This document shows, piece after piece, positions 12,797-25,829 of a stretch of DNA of 64,000 bases. Location of the stretch: the NCBI GenBank assembly GCA_008632985.1, contig QPGO01000285.1, positions 1-64,000 on the forward strand, read 5' to 3'. Positions within the stretch are counted from its first letter, which is position 1, and the number at the start of each line of letters is the position of its first letter. The position numbers were made by a program, and so were the translations under genes. The notes under the pieces are model-generated. The model saw only the letters and a program-made list of their open reading frames with translations. It was not told the DNA's origin and ran no database searches. Origin of the DNA: Psammoneis japonica (lineage: Eukaryota).

Positions 12797-14850
12797 TGAC
12801 CACATTTGTCTGTGGTGGAAAGAGCGGCACAAAACTTGCCCCTGGATTGCCAGTTGATGACCTGCTTGCAAAGGAACAATGGACAAAAGCCATTCTTGCA
12901 GCCTTCTTTGACAGCTGGGCTGTCCATGAAACTTTTGAAGATCTGCGCGCATTTGCTCCAAAGAGTCAGTTTGAAATGCTCTCCACCAAATCCAGTGCCG
13001 TTGTTGCCATGAATGTGCTCAATTGCACTGTCATGGGCAACTTTGTCGTCATCAGTCAAGAGAAACATTTTCATTGCACACAGCTGCAGAGATGCCAGGT
13101 GGGTTGCAAGCTGTGTTGCAAGCAAGAGAAGCAAGCAATGTGGCCTTGCGAGATGGCTCCTGGCCATTTGTGTGGATGCCACACATGACAATGCCCAATG
13201 GCCCAGGCACTTGGACAGGAGGAGGAGGAACATGGGCTGTGTGCTGCCTCTGTTCTGGACAGAACATCACAGAGGCAAAATGGGGTGCGCGAGTCACAGA
13301 GCATTGTTGCCCGCCTTGCAATTCTTGGCGCACTCCTTTGTTTGTTGGGAGCACACCTCTCTGACTGAAGCGCAGGTTTGCTCATTGGCGCTCCATGTTT
13401 GTCATTCATTTCCACCCTTGCTCACCAATTTTTGACATGATCATTGCCCCACGACCCAAAATTGTTGTCTTCCACATTCCCACCTGAAACATGACAAAAT
13501 TGCACTGGACCGGCACATGCATGTTCTGCTCTCAGCAACTCCATCAAATTTCCACACTCTTTGTCACCATTGGGTGATGTCGCTGAAATTTTCCATTGAA
13601 GTTGTTGCGCGCGATGCTTTCATGTTGCATGTTGTCACATCATGCGCCTGTGCAGTGAAAACAGTGATCACACCACAAACGCTCACCCTGCTCTCAGCCA
13701 GTCAACTGTGCTGCAATCAGATTTGTCCTGCCTGCACCGTCTCTGCAGAATTTCTGCCCTGTGAACTCGTTGCCCGGCTGGATGAAAACAAGAAAAAGGC
13801 ACACCGGCCCAACCCAAATCAAACAGGAATTGCCGCAATGCACTCATTTTTTGTTCCCCTCCCTGAGCCCTTTTGGTCATTCCCTCCTGCTAAATTGCCC
13901 TCATTTCCCGGGAATTCCCCAAAAGGGCAAGGTGATTCCCCCTTGCCCTTGCCATTTTTGGGAATCCTCAATTGGGCAAAACAACACTGAGCTGTTGGCA
14001 TGCCATTGACAGGACAGGACAAGTTCTCTGCCCACCTTGGGTGCTCCGTTGGTTGGTCTCTTGCTCTTGCAGACATTGACGTTCACCAAGAAAGATCACC
14101 GGACACATTCCCCACAGGCACAAAATCTGGATCTGACAATTCTTTGGCTGACAAAGAAGACTCCATTTGTTCTGCGGAGATGGGTGGCATGGAATCCTCT
14201 CCAGACCTTTGCGGGGGACGACAAGTTTTCCGACGATCTTTTTGATGGCAGTGGCCACTGCAATGACACTGACAAAAGCAGCGAAGATGCCAAAAGCACC
14301 TGTGTTTCCCTCTGGAAAATCTGCTCATGCCAAGAAATGTGGTGCATCATGCCCCTTTTTCCACGCTGTTTTCTGATCTTTTTTGTTCAACTTTGACAGC
14401 ATTGAAGACTGACGAAGATGTGGCTGTCTTCACAAGTGGCAACAGGGAACACCACACTGCTAAAAGTCATTTCTGGAGGACAACAGAAATGCAACGCAGG
14501 AGGAAGCTCTTCCTTTCCAAGATTGACCGGACTCCTGGCCCCGACTGATTCATCAGGGAGCGCTCCAGCCCCGCTTGTTTGCGCAAGGGTGATTTGTCCT
14601 GATGTCATCCAGAATTTTTTTCCCAGATGATGGTTGTCCATGGGAGCCTGTGTCATTGAGATCCAAGGGCGGCCTGATGCAGGATGCACTGGTGTTTCCT
14701 GCATTGGCTGTGCTGAATCTTTGGTTGTCCCTTGCAATGACCCCAACACTCAACATTTGTCATGTCTTGGATGTTCGCGGGTGTGCACATCTGGCCATTG
14801 TGGCAAGCTGTCAAACCGGGCTCAACCAATTTTTTCCACATGGTCACCAA

Positions 14851-15249
14851 GACGTGCTCCAGCTCCAGGTGGGACCTCGCACTGCTGCACTTTGACATCA
14901 ATGGTTTTTTTTTAATCGCTTCGCATGACACGCGCACACATTTCTGCGTGCTGCATTCTACAAAATTGTTTCATGCTCCCTGTTTTGCGAAGCCAAAGGC
15001 TTTCTATTTTCAACATTCATGAGAACAAAAATGTGCTGGGCACATTCTTCAATGTCTGCAGAACACACCCAGGCAAACTGTCAATGATGTGCTGCAAGTG
15101 TGAAGGAGGAGATGCACTCGTAAAATTGCCTCTTTTTCTGCTGGCGATCATTTGTTTTTTCGTTGCAGTGCAAATTTGCTGCAGAGCTTGCAAACAGAAT
15201 TCTGCGGGCCCAATGTCACACGGAGTCCCACCTGGGACTGGAGCCCACC
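14851..15249 (-). mobile_element. MITE copy (inverted)
   Basis: GACGTGCTCCAG...CTGGAGCCCACC; perfect TSD CCAA. Confidence 0.88.
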
Positions 15250-15861
15250 CCAAGCACTCGGATGACTTCAGGAGCATGCCAGAGTTGGCCGCTCTGACAC
15301 ATTTCTGTCATGCCATCAATTTGTTTGGCGTGACTCCACGCATGATGAACCCAAGCAGGGGCAACTTCATCTCCGCACAATGCACCAATCATGATGAAAT
15401 TGCAAGCGACAATGAGGGCCATCTTGCCAACGTTGCAATGGGCAACCGTTGTGGCAGCAAGAGGAGGTGCATTGACTCAGGAAACAAGGAAGAGCACCAA
15501 TGCATTGCACCAAGTGAAAAACTTGACAACTTGACTGTGAACACAAGAGCAGACAAAATGACCACTGATGTGATGTCCTTGTTGATTTGGGTCAATGAAA
15601 ACACAGGAGCTGCACACTTTCAACACTCTGTCATCAAAAAGAAGTGTCAAGAAGTGCGCAATGGTTGGTTTTGTGAAACTGACATTGACAAGTTCCGGCA
15701 ATGATCACTTCACATGTGCTTGTTGGATGGCAGGTGAAGTGCTCTTCTCCATGCTTCTGGGATGTCTTTGAAATTTTCTTTGCCTTGGTCTTCAAAAGTC
15801 TCTCCCCCATTGACGCGCATGTTTGCGCTGGCCCACCCACAAATGCTCAATTGAAGAGTGT

Positions 15862-16170
15862 GCGCAAAATCACAAAGGGTGCAAAATGTCAAAGGGCACA
15901 AAATCACAAAGAGGGTGCAAAATCACAAAGGGTGCAAAATGGCGGCAAAGGGTGCAAAATCACAAAGGGCTCACAATGGCCAAAGGCACAAAATCACAAA
16001 GGGCTCAAATCACAAAGGGTGCAAAAGGGCTCAAAATCACAAAGGGCACAAAATGGTGGCAAAGTCATCAAAATCACAAATGGCGCAAAATGGCCATGGT
16101 CGCAAAATCACAAAGGATGCAAAATCACAAAGGGCGCAAGTCAGCCAAGGGCAAAAAAATCACAAATGAC
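15862..16170 (+). repeat. Satellite A, short array
   Basis: AAAATCACAAAGGGTGC units. Confidence 0.9.
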
Positions 16171-19100
16171 AGCACCGCCCACACTGCATGCATTGTGAGC
16201 ACATCCACAATCATCATGATGCAAGATGATGTGGGCCAGAATGAGCTGCGCACTCTCTGATGTGCTTTGCTGCTTTTGGGTTGAGGCACATTGTTTGCAG
16301 CAACAGCAGGTGGTGGACAATCTTTCCAGGAGGCCATGGTTGCTTCCCCGCTTGTCCCATCTCACCCAGCCAAACCACAATTTGGTCACCACAGAAGTGG
16401 CCACCCTGCATTGCATTTGGCAGCCCTTTGACCATTTTTGTCAGCCCAATGGCACAATGTCCAAGATTGTGCGGCAGCTTCTCTGCTTTCAGCACCCCAG
16501 CTTAAAGAGGGCCTGCTGATGCTGTTCCTCCCCAGGGCTCCTGTCATTCATCCTTTGGCCACCAGCCAAGATTTTCCCTTTGCTCCTCATCTTGCAAGCC
16601 CATCTCCTTTTTCAACATGTCCTGCAAATTGCACAACACCACACAACTTGGTGTGGCACCTGGTGTTGACGTCGTGCTGATGCAACCACACAACAAGCCA
16701 AAAACTCACTGAGACAAACATCGTGAAAGGAGGTGAGCACCACGATGCTTCTGTTGACCATCTCCACATCAACAAACATCAGAACAGATGAAAATGACAC
16801 AGGAGAGTCGATTCTCACCATCAATGTAAAGAAAACCCCAACAACATTCTGAGAAGACCTGCAAAATCTGCTCCATGTGTGGTCAACCATGGTGCGTGCA
16901 TCACAAAAACTCAAACACAGAAACCACAGCCATCTGGAAAATGTTGTTGCTCTTGTTCAGAATCCAATCTTTTTTGTTGAGAATCCCATTTTCTTAACAA
17001 GGGCTCATCAATGCTGCACAGGTGCATTTTGACAATTGTTTCAACATGCCAAGTGGGGTTTGATGCTCAAAACAAACCAGCTTTGTTGTGAGTGCAATCT
17101 TGACAATGAGTCGCTTCTGCTGATTTTGTCTTTTTTCAACAACTGGAGCAACCTTCCAAGTGGGAAATGACACTCAATGAAGCCCGTTTCCCCCCACTTT
17201 TTCTTTCTTGTTCAGCGTCAATTTGCCACAATTTTCTCATGTTGTTCATGACAAAATGATGATGCTCATTTGCGCTGATGATGACTTTGCAATGCTGTGT
17301 CTGTTCTTCTGTTTTAGCTTGATCTGTGTCGGTTCTAAAATCTTGTTTCTGTGCCCAAAGGGGCTCCTTTGTCTCCTGTCCCTTGTTCACATTTTTTCTC
17401 TCTCCCATTCCAAGTTCCCTCTTGTCCTCTGCACTCACCACTCCCTTTTGTCCCACCCTTGGTTGCTCCCTTGCAATTAATTTCTCTCCATTGGGTGCAT
17501 CCAGAAGTGCCTCATTTTGGCCATGACTCCACTTTTGCACGCTCCCCTGTTCTCATCCACTGCATCACCTGACACCTGAGAAGACAGTGTGCGAACGATC
17601 TTCAGAGTTTCACTTTTCTTCAATTTTCAAATGGCTCATCACACTCCTGCCACTCGCCTTTTATCCTCCCTTGTCCCCCCCCGCACACTCTCCTCTGCCC
17701 ACCCTTTGCATGATCATGGTGCCTGTGCACAACACCCCTTGCCTGTGAATGCCTCATGTCCCAAACCTGCCTCGTCCCCTCCATGCTCATCCACTTCTTG
17801 CTTCATCACTGTGCCTGTGTGCAGTGTGTGCAAAGTTTTTTGTCAGCACAAGGTGCAAGCATGTTGGCCTTGCGTGCTCCCAGCTCATGCTCCCCCGCTG
17901 TCTCATGCCTTGTGTCCCTCACGCTCCCCCCCTGTCTCATGCCTTGTGTCCCAAGCCTTTCCTCCTTCCTCTCTGCCACTCTGCTTCCTCCCCCCCACCA
18001 ATGTCTCTCTCATCGTCCTGTTCTCTGCCACTGTTTTTGTGTTTTGTGTCATGCGAGGGCATCACCACTTGTTTTTAACCAGAATTTTGATCACATCTGT
18101 CCATCCACTTCATTTGCTGTCCTGGTTCAAGCCACACTTTTGTTTTAAAAAACAATGTTTTGCATCACTTTCTGAAGTGCTGAGTGTTTTGAACGACTCA
18201 AACACGTCACAATGTCGTTGACTTCATTGTCCCATGTGATGCCCTTGCTTCTTGTCACCTTGCATCTGTCTTGTTCATTTTCTGGTCATTTGTCATTGCA
18301 CCTTGTTGGCGCGCTCTTGTTGAGAATGAAGTTTCTCCAATTTTCTTCTTTGCTCCCAGCAGCTGCTCTTGCACCCACACATTGTCGCCAATTGTGACAA
18401 CCCAGCCAGGTGCCGGCCACGGCAGTTCAAACCATGCCAGCACCGCTGGTGGCCGTGGCCACGGTTGTGGTGCCGGCCGCACAGGACGGGGTGGTTCAGC
18501 AGCTCCAGCGCAAGCCCAGAGTGGGGCCAGCCCACATGTGTGACCTCCCTCTGTTTTCAAAGATCTGCCTGCTGATGACCCAGCAACTGAATCTGCTGCC
18601 ACTTCTCTCTCTTTCTCCCAAGAGATGGACAGTGTTGCAGAATCTCCTGTTGTTCCTGGGCAAGATCTTGCCTTTCTTTGGCAACATGATGCAATCCTTT
18701 TCTTCAAAACTCCCCAGCTGCTTCAAAACTCCAAGTGCTGCACCACCTGCCAGCTCAACCCCAAAAACACGATGCACGAGGAGTGCAAAATGTGGCTGCA
18801 TTTTGTTTGGCGAATGCGTGGACTGTGCAAACACCAAAACAAAAAACTGCTCAAAGAAATTCAGGCCAGGGCAGCTGACCATCAGAAGGAAATCACCAAA
18901 GCCAACAAAGCCACAGAGTCTCTCCACCTTGTGCAGAAAAAGACCCTTCACGCCAGAGAAACGACAGTGTTGAGCAATCACATGGCAGCCGCACGCACGA
19001 AATCACCGGAATCACACAGAAATTGCACCAGCATCTTGGCTGGTGAGAAGGACACCACACATGCAAAAACACTCATTGTGCCAAACATCATGTGGCAGTT

Positions 19101-20052
19101 GAATCATCTGGCAATGATGGGCATGCCGCGAAGGCAGAAGACTCCCATTCTCATCTCTCATTTTCCCATCAATTTTTAGGATGGTGACAGCAACCAAATG
19201 TCCAATGTGGAAATCCTCTGGATGGCAGGGATTCAAACAACAACCCTGTTGTAAAACCGCAGTGCAGGCAGCCACAAAATGGCGCAGCTGTGAAAACACA
19301 ACTCCCCAAGTGCAAAAAAGGGAAACAGTGGCAAGGAAGGACAGCAAGTGCATCCAAGCCAACTCATTGATGACACTGATCAATGAGGGCAAATGGCCAA
19401 ATGGATCAAGGTTGCACTTCATCTTTAGAACATCAAAGCTGGGGATGCAATCGTCAATCAACAAACCGCTTCTTGCATGGCCCAAGCCAACAGATTTGCG
19501 CAACTCTGGCAGCGAGCTGCAAATGGACCAGACGTTGTCAATGTGAGGTGAGTGAATGGTTTGGGTTGCAACCTGTTGGTCATGTTCACTGTGCATGTGT
19601 CCAATGGCGGCTGTTTGTTGCAGGTCCCCTGCATCACTGAAGGCTCCATTGGAAAGAGACACAATGGGTGCTTTGGCTGTCTTGAGGCTGTTGTGACCAT
19701 CGAAGCAGCAATCCAAAAGCCTGCCAAGTTCTGTGCTGGCCAAACGCAGCGAAGGAACACAACAGCCATCCATCATTTTGTTTCTTTTCTTTGTGTTGAT
19801 GTCCGACGGGTTGCTGTGGTTAAACAAAACATGTCCGGGGGCAAACCAAGGGATGTCGGTGACTTGCTTGACACACTCAGAAACAGCAACAAACCCAGAA
19901 ATCACGACAGGATCATCAACAGGCCGGACTTTGCCAGTCGGTGCACCATTGTGAGAACTCTTCCTTCCCGCGCATTGGCTGGATGCAAAGCCACAGTCGG
20001 CAAACATGCCAAGCGTCTGACAGACAGCGTGAGAGGAGGAAGTGCCAGCAGA

Positions 20053-21265
20053 GTTGGGTGAATGCTGTGTGATGATGCTGTGCACAACACATGCCCAAAT
20101 GTGTGTGCGGAGAAGGGACTCAACAACCAGCCGAGTGGCATCATCTTTGCCTCTTGGGTTGTTGAGAACCTCTCATGCTCGTCAGGTGCCGGCGGCAGTG
20201 CACAGCATTCTGAGTGGTCACGAGTCTTTGTGCTTCCTGAGGTTGCTGGTTCGAAGCAGCCTCAAATCCAAGCCTCCTTTTCTTTCTTGGCCTGCCCCTT
20301 TCCGACCCCATCTGGGGTGGGCGGTTGGGCTTCGAACCCACTCCTCCCTTGGCCGGATGCACCACATGACGCCAACCCATCCTGCCCATCAGAGGGAGTG
20401 CATGGTCAAAATTTCGCAAGTCCGCCGTGTGGATGTGCCACATGGTGACAACCCATCCTGCGATGAGAGGGAGAGTTGGACAAATGCTGTGTGATGATGC
20501 TGTGCACAACACATGCCCAAATGTGTGTGCGGAGAAGGGACTCAACAATTGGCCGAGTGGTGTCATCTTTGCCTCTTGGGTTGTTGAGAACCTCCCATGC
20601 TCATTGGGTGCCAGCGGCAGTGTGCAGCATTCTGAGTGGTTGTGAGTCTTCATGCTTCCTGAGGTTGCTGGTTCGAATCGGCCTCAAATCCAAGCCTCCT
20701 TTTCTTTCTCGGCCTGCCACTTTCCAACCCCATCCGGGGTGGGCGGTTGGGCTTCGAACCCACTCCTCCCTTGGCCGGATGCACCACATGGCGCTAACCC
20801 ATCCTGCCCAACAGAGGGAGTGCATGGCAAAAATTTCGTAAGTCCGCCGTGCAGATGCGCCACATGGCAACAACCCATCCTGTGACGAGAGGGAGAGTTG
20901 GACAAATGCTGTGTGATGATGCTGTGCACAACACATGCCCAAATGTGTGTGCGGAGAAGGGACTCAACAATTGGCCAAGTGGCAATTTCTTTGCCTCTTG
21001 GGTTGTTGAGAACCTCCCGCACTCGTCAGGTGGTGTGCAGCATTCTTGGATTTGAGGCCGATTCGAACCAGCGACCTNCAGGAAGCGCAAAGACTCACAA
21101 CCACTCAGAATGCTGTGCACTGCTGCCGGCACCCAATGAGCATGGGAGGTTCTCAACAACCCAAGAGGCAAAGATGACACCACTTGGCCAATTGTTGAGT
21201 CCCTTCTCCGTGCACACATTTGGGCATGTGTTGTGCACAGCATCATTGCACAGCATTTGTCCAAC
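20053..21265. repeat. 422-bp tandem repeat (~2.4 units) closed by an inverted copy of the first ~220 bp; foldback/long-TIR-like element
   Basis: Unit starts GAGTTGG at 20051, 20473 and 20895; 21046-21265 is the reverse complement of the unit's 5' half; a single N at 21078. Confidence 0.85.
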
Positions 21266-23046
21266 CAGCAGCAGGAGTTTTGCCAGCTTTCTTGGAGAGA
21301 GCCTTGAAATCCAATGGATCAAGGATGGGGTGGCCCTCATTGACGACATGAAGGCAGCTGCTGTGGTGGTTCTGGTTGGGAGGACACACCTTGAACTGGA
21401 CAGCGCCGTTGCAATGAAACGGCACAATGGCCCGGTGCATGTCTGCGCGTGCCATCATGTGATGACAGTGCTTTCCGTCAGCACAAATGGAAGCCTGCCC
21501 CCAGTTTAGATTGGGCAGCACAAAGTGAGCGCAAGTGATGTGTGCCCAACAAGCATGGCTGGCCTGCCCAAGCTTGCAAAGTGCGGATGCTCTCCTCCAG
21601 CGCAATTGTTTGGGCTCCTTGTGCACCATGCCAATGTCCTTGAGTCCTCTCCATTGTCTGGGAATGGAGTGTGGGACAGTGGATGGCTGTCAAGTTTTGA
21701 CAGGAAGGGATGGCACCACGTTGTCAGGAATTTTTAGCCAAGCCCAATCCAATCATTCACAGCGGCATCAGTTGAGGGAGTGCTGGTCAATGATGCGTGC
21801 GATGATGCAGCGGCAGGAGGCAATGAGGTTGCTGCAATGTGAGTGGGGGGGAGTGGGGTTCAACATGTGGGGGGGAGCAGCAGGAGACAAACCAGTGCAT
21901 TGGTCTGCGGACTCAACAACACCAAGATTGGCGCCATTGCAAATGCCACAGGAGGCGGCATCATGATGATCAACCATGCCTGGAGTGGGATGGCCTCCAA
22001 AAGCTGCACCCCTGCAACAGGCAGAGGCCATGGGATGAACCCTGGCAGCATGTTCTCTGGCTCTCAAGCCAAGAAAGTAAGATCCAGCGGCTGCACCCCC
22101 AAAGTGAGGAGGGAGCTGCGGACACAAACTGACAAAATCAGTGCAGAGAGCATCCGCTGACATCGTTGCATCCCCAATTGGAGTGGGGGGCACATGGGAC
22201 AAATCTGGGTGGCAACATCGGATGAGCCGCCAAACAACAAAGAATGTCTGGCTGCGCCCCCAACAAAAATGAGGGGCATGAGATGAGCCCTGGCAGCACG
22301 CTGGACATCTCTGGCGCCGTCCAAGCAAGGCGGCAATGCACAAATCCGAGCAGACAAAGACGGTTGTTGATCTGATGGTTGTGCTTCCTGGTCCTGTGCT
22401 GCACTGTTGCAGTGCTTCTTTGACGGTTGAGAGTGCTGAGTGCCCCTCTTTGCCTTTGTGGAGCCTGATTGGGATGAACAGCGACCCATGGCACCAGTGA
22501 GGATGTGTTGTTCATGTGGCAAAATGAGACTGGATGGCAACAATGTGGGCACCGGTGAAAAAATGGTGAACAAAAATTTTGGGGGCAGGGATGCAGGAGA
22601 TCCAACAAAAATTTTGGAGCAAACAAACATGCAGAGTGAACAAGACATTGACACAATTAAAGGCTGAAGGTTGAAATTTTTGCACTGGTCAGAAGACAGC
22701 TTTGCCCCATTGGAAAGACAGAAGTGGCAGATTGCACAAAAATTTAGAGCACCCGTCAAACAGAGAAGAAGAATTTTGCATGGGCAGCCCACACAGAAAA
22801 TGCGCACAAAGGAAGCCCTCTGGGAAACACTGGGTGATGCAGACTGCTTCGAATGGGTGGGACAAATTAAATCAAGCAAACATCAATTGAGTTTGTCTGG
22901 GGTGCTTGGGTCAGGCGGGCGCTGCTGGAATCATGAGGGGTGGTGTGAAATTGATGGACTGATGAAATTTGATGAACTTCACCCCTCATTTGAGGAGCCA
23001 CAAAACCCAACGGAACAATCAAACCCCCCGTTAAACCCGCCTCTGA

Positions 23047-24792
23047 CATCAAGGAAAAAGACCAGTTGTTTCAAGGAAAATGACCAGTTGTTTCAAGGAA
23101 AACAACAAGTTGTTTCAAAGAAAACAACAAGATGTTTCAAGGAAAATGAACAGTTGTTTCACAGAAAACAACAAGTTGTTTCAAGGAAAATGTCCAGCTG
23201 TTTCAAGGAAAACAACAAGTTGTTTCAAGGAAAATGTCCAGCTGTTTCAAGGAAAACAACAAGTTGTTTCAAGGAAAACAACCAGTTGTTTCAAGCAAAA
23301 TGACCAGTTGTTTCACAGAAAACAACAAGTTGTTTCAAAGAAATGGCCAGCTGTTCCAAGGAAAACAACAAGTTGTTTCCAGGAAAACAACAAGTTTTTC
23401 CAAGGAAAACAACAAGTTGTTTCAAGGAAAATGACCAGTTGTTTCAAGGAAAACAACAAGTTGTTTCAAGGAAAATGACCAGCTGTTTCACAGAAAACAA
23501 GTTGTTTCAAGGAAAATGTGGCCAGCTGTTTGAAGGAAAACAACAAGTTGTTTCAAGGAAAGCAGCCATTTGTTTCAAGGAAAGCAGCCAGTTGTTTCAA
23601 GAAAAATGACCAGCTCTTTCAAGGAAAACAACGAGTTGTTTCAAAGAAAACAAGACGTGCTCCAGTCCTGGGCGGGACTTTTTGTGACATTTGCTCCACA
23701 GAATTCTGCATGCAAGCTCTGCAGCTTGCACTCTGGTTGATGGATGCAGCTGTCCTCTGCACAAAATGAACAGCCAAGTTTGCAGCACATGTGTCCCTGT
23801 TTGCACTTGCAGCTTTGGACAATGTGTGCCTGCCCTGCGCCATTCTCAAGACAGTCGAGAATGGATCAGAAGAGAAAACACAAAAATTTGTTGAATGGAT
23901 TGCCCGACAATTGTGCCACAAAATGATGCAAAATTTTGCCAAAGTCATGCAGAAATGCACGTGCGCAACATGCAACACAATTTGAACAACCGCCATCAAT
24001 GTTGCAGCTCAGCAGCACGAGGTCCCACCCAGACCTGGACCGCATCACAACAAGTTGTTTCAAGGAAAATGACCAGTTGTTTCGCACAAAACAATCAGCT
24101 GTTTCAAGGAAAACAACAAGTTGTTTCAAGGCTTGAAACAACCAGTTGCTTCAAGGAAAACAGCAAGTTGTTTCAAGGAAAATGACCAGTTGTTCCAAGG
24201 AAAACAACAAGTTGTTTCAAGCAAAATGACCTGCTGCTCTTTGTTGATGTCAAGAAAACCAACCAGCTGTCTCAAGGAAAACAGCCAGTTCTTTCAAGGA
24301 AAGCAACCCGTTGTTTCAAGGAAAACAGCCAGCTCTTTCAAGAAAAACAACCAGCTGTCTTTGTTGACATCAAGAAAGCCAGCCAGTGACCAGCTGCTTC
24401 AAGGAAAACAACAAGTTGCTTCAAGGAAAACAGCAAGTTGTTTCAAGGAAAATGACCAGTTGTTCCAAGGAAAGCAACAAGTTGTTTCAAGGAAAATGAC
24501 CTGCTGCTCTTTGTTGATGTCAAGAAAACCGACCAGCTGTCTCAAGGAAAACAGCCAGTTCTTTCAAGGAAAGCAAACCACTGTTTCAAGGAAAACAGCC
24601 AGCTCTTTCAAGGAAAACAACCAGCTGTCTTTGTTGAGGTCAAGAAAGCCAGCCAGTGACGTTGTTTCAAGGAAAAAACAAGTTGTTTTGAGGAAAATGA
24701 CCAGCTGTTCCAAGGAAAACAACAAGTTGTTTCAAGGAAAATGACCTGCTGCTCTTTGTTGACATCAAGGAAACCAACCAGCTGCCTCAAGG
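23047..24792 (+). repeat. Satellite B (~22-bp quasi-palindromic unit CAAGTTGTTTCAAGGAAAACAA / CCAGTTGTTTCAAGGAAAATGA)
   Basis: Dozens of tandem units; interrupted by a MITE and by copia-2. Confidence 0.95.
23654..24046 (+). mobile_element. MITE copy in satellite B
   Basis: GACGTGCTCCAG...CTGGACCGCATC; perfect TSD ACAA. Confidence 0.88.
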
Positions 24793-25040
24793 TGACAGAA
24801 TTTGAACAAGATTTTAGTTTGTCACACACAATTCTGTGTGCTCTTAGTTCTGTGCGTGTCGCGCGATGCAGTTTGCTTTCAAGCCACGTGGCTCACAAGA
24901 ACAACAACAACAGCGGTGCTGACATCACGACACCAGTCTTTTGGCTCCTGTGATGGTCTCTGCATGGAGACTCATCTGCTGTTTGGACAGCAGCAAGGAG
25001 TTGTTGTTTTCTCCCACCCAGTCATCTTCAATTTCTGTCA
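24793..25040 (+). repeat. copia-2 5' LTR
   Basis: TGACAGAA...TTCTGTCA; aligns end to end with 31409-31653. Confidence 0.95.
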
Positions 25041-25829
25041 GATTGGCAGTCTTGCTCATTGTCATCCATTGAGCGTTCATCGTCGTTGAGAAATTTTTGA
25101 CGACGCGCCCCGTTTGCGGTGAAAGCACACATCTGCCTTCTTCGCTGCTGGATGCTGGATTAAATCTGCAAGTTTGGGTTTGTCCAATGCCTCCCATCGT
25201 TGGACATGTTTGTTCAACGGACATTTGTTTGGCAAGGAATTCCCAAATTCTCAGACATTCGAGATTCTGGATTCCCTGTGGTGGACTCTGCCCTGGTTGG
25301 CAGACAAACCAATCCATCCGCTTGCGTCCATGTGCACACAACACAAACCCTTGACTCTGGCCCTGCTCCATGCATGCCAAGTCTGCTGCTTTGCATCCAC
25401 GCCGGACCGCTGGTCTTCTGCAGACCTGCATGGTCCACGAGGACAACTGTGAGAGGAAGCAGTTCGTGACACAGCCTGCATTAGGGTGAGGGTGCATTTC
25501 CCACGTTTGTCCATCCCTCCGCAGCGTCAAATTTGGCTGGCCTGATCAGGTTGTCCAACCAACATAAAATGAGAATGGTCCAGAGGTCTTGCCCACCTTC
25601 AGCTGGCTTGTCAGCAGGGGGATTTTAACCTCTCACTCTGCTCCTCTCAAGCAACCCAAAGCATCGCCAGCTGTGGGTTTGGATGTGCCGGCACAACTCT
25701 GCAGACCGGATGGGGAGCTTGGCACTTCGCTGCAAATGGGACATCATGGCCCGGCAGCTTCTGACTTGTGAGACAGTTCAAGACTTTAAGTCGAGACTCA
25801 AGCCAAGTTTCAAGTCATTTCAAGCTCAC

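Noticed and set aside
20310..20390. tRNA gene on the minus strand (GGGTTCGAAGCCC)
   Set aside because: No convincing cloverleaf; it lies within a tandem repeat unit.
19550..22340. DIRS/Ngaro reverse transcriptase (HPTPGMVD...GANLG, GKVRPVDD)
   Set aside because: Motif spacing does not fit and no YxDD-derived motif was found; left unclassified.
23047..24792. CRISPR array (palindromic GTTGTTTC...GAAAAC repeats)
   Set aside because: Units are contiguous with no unique spacers, there are no cas genes, and the context is eukaryotic.
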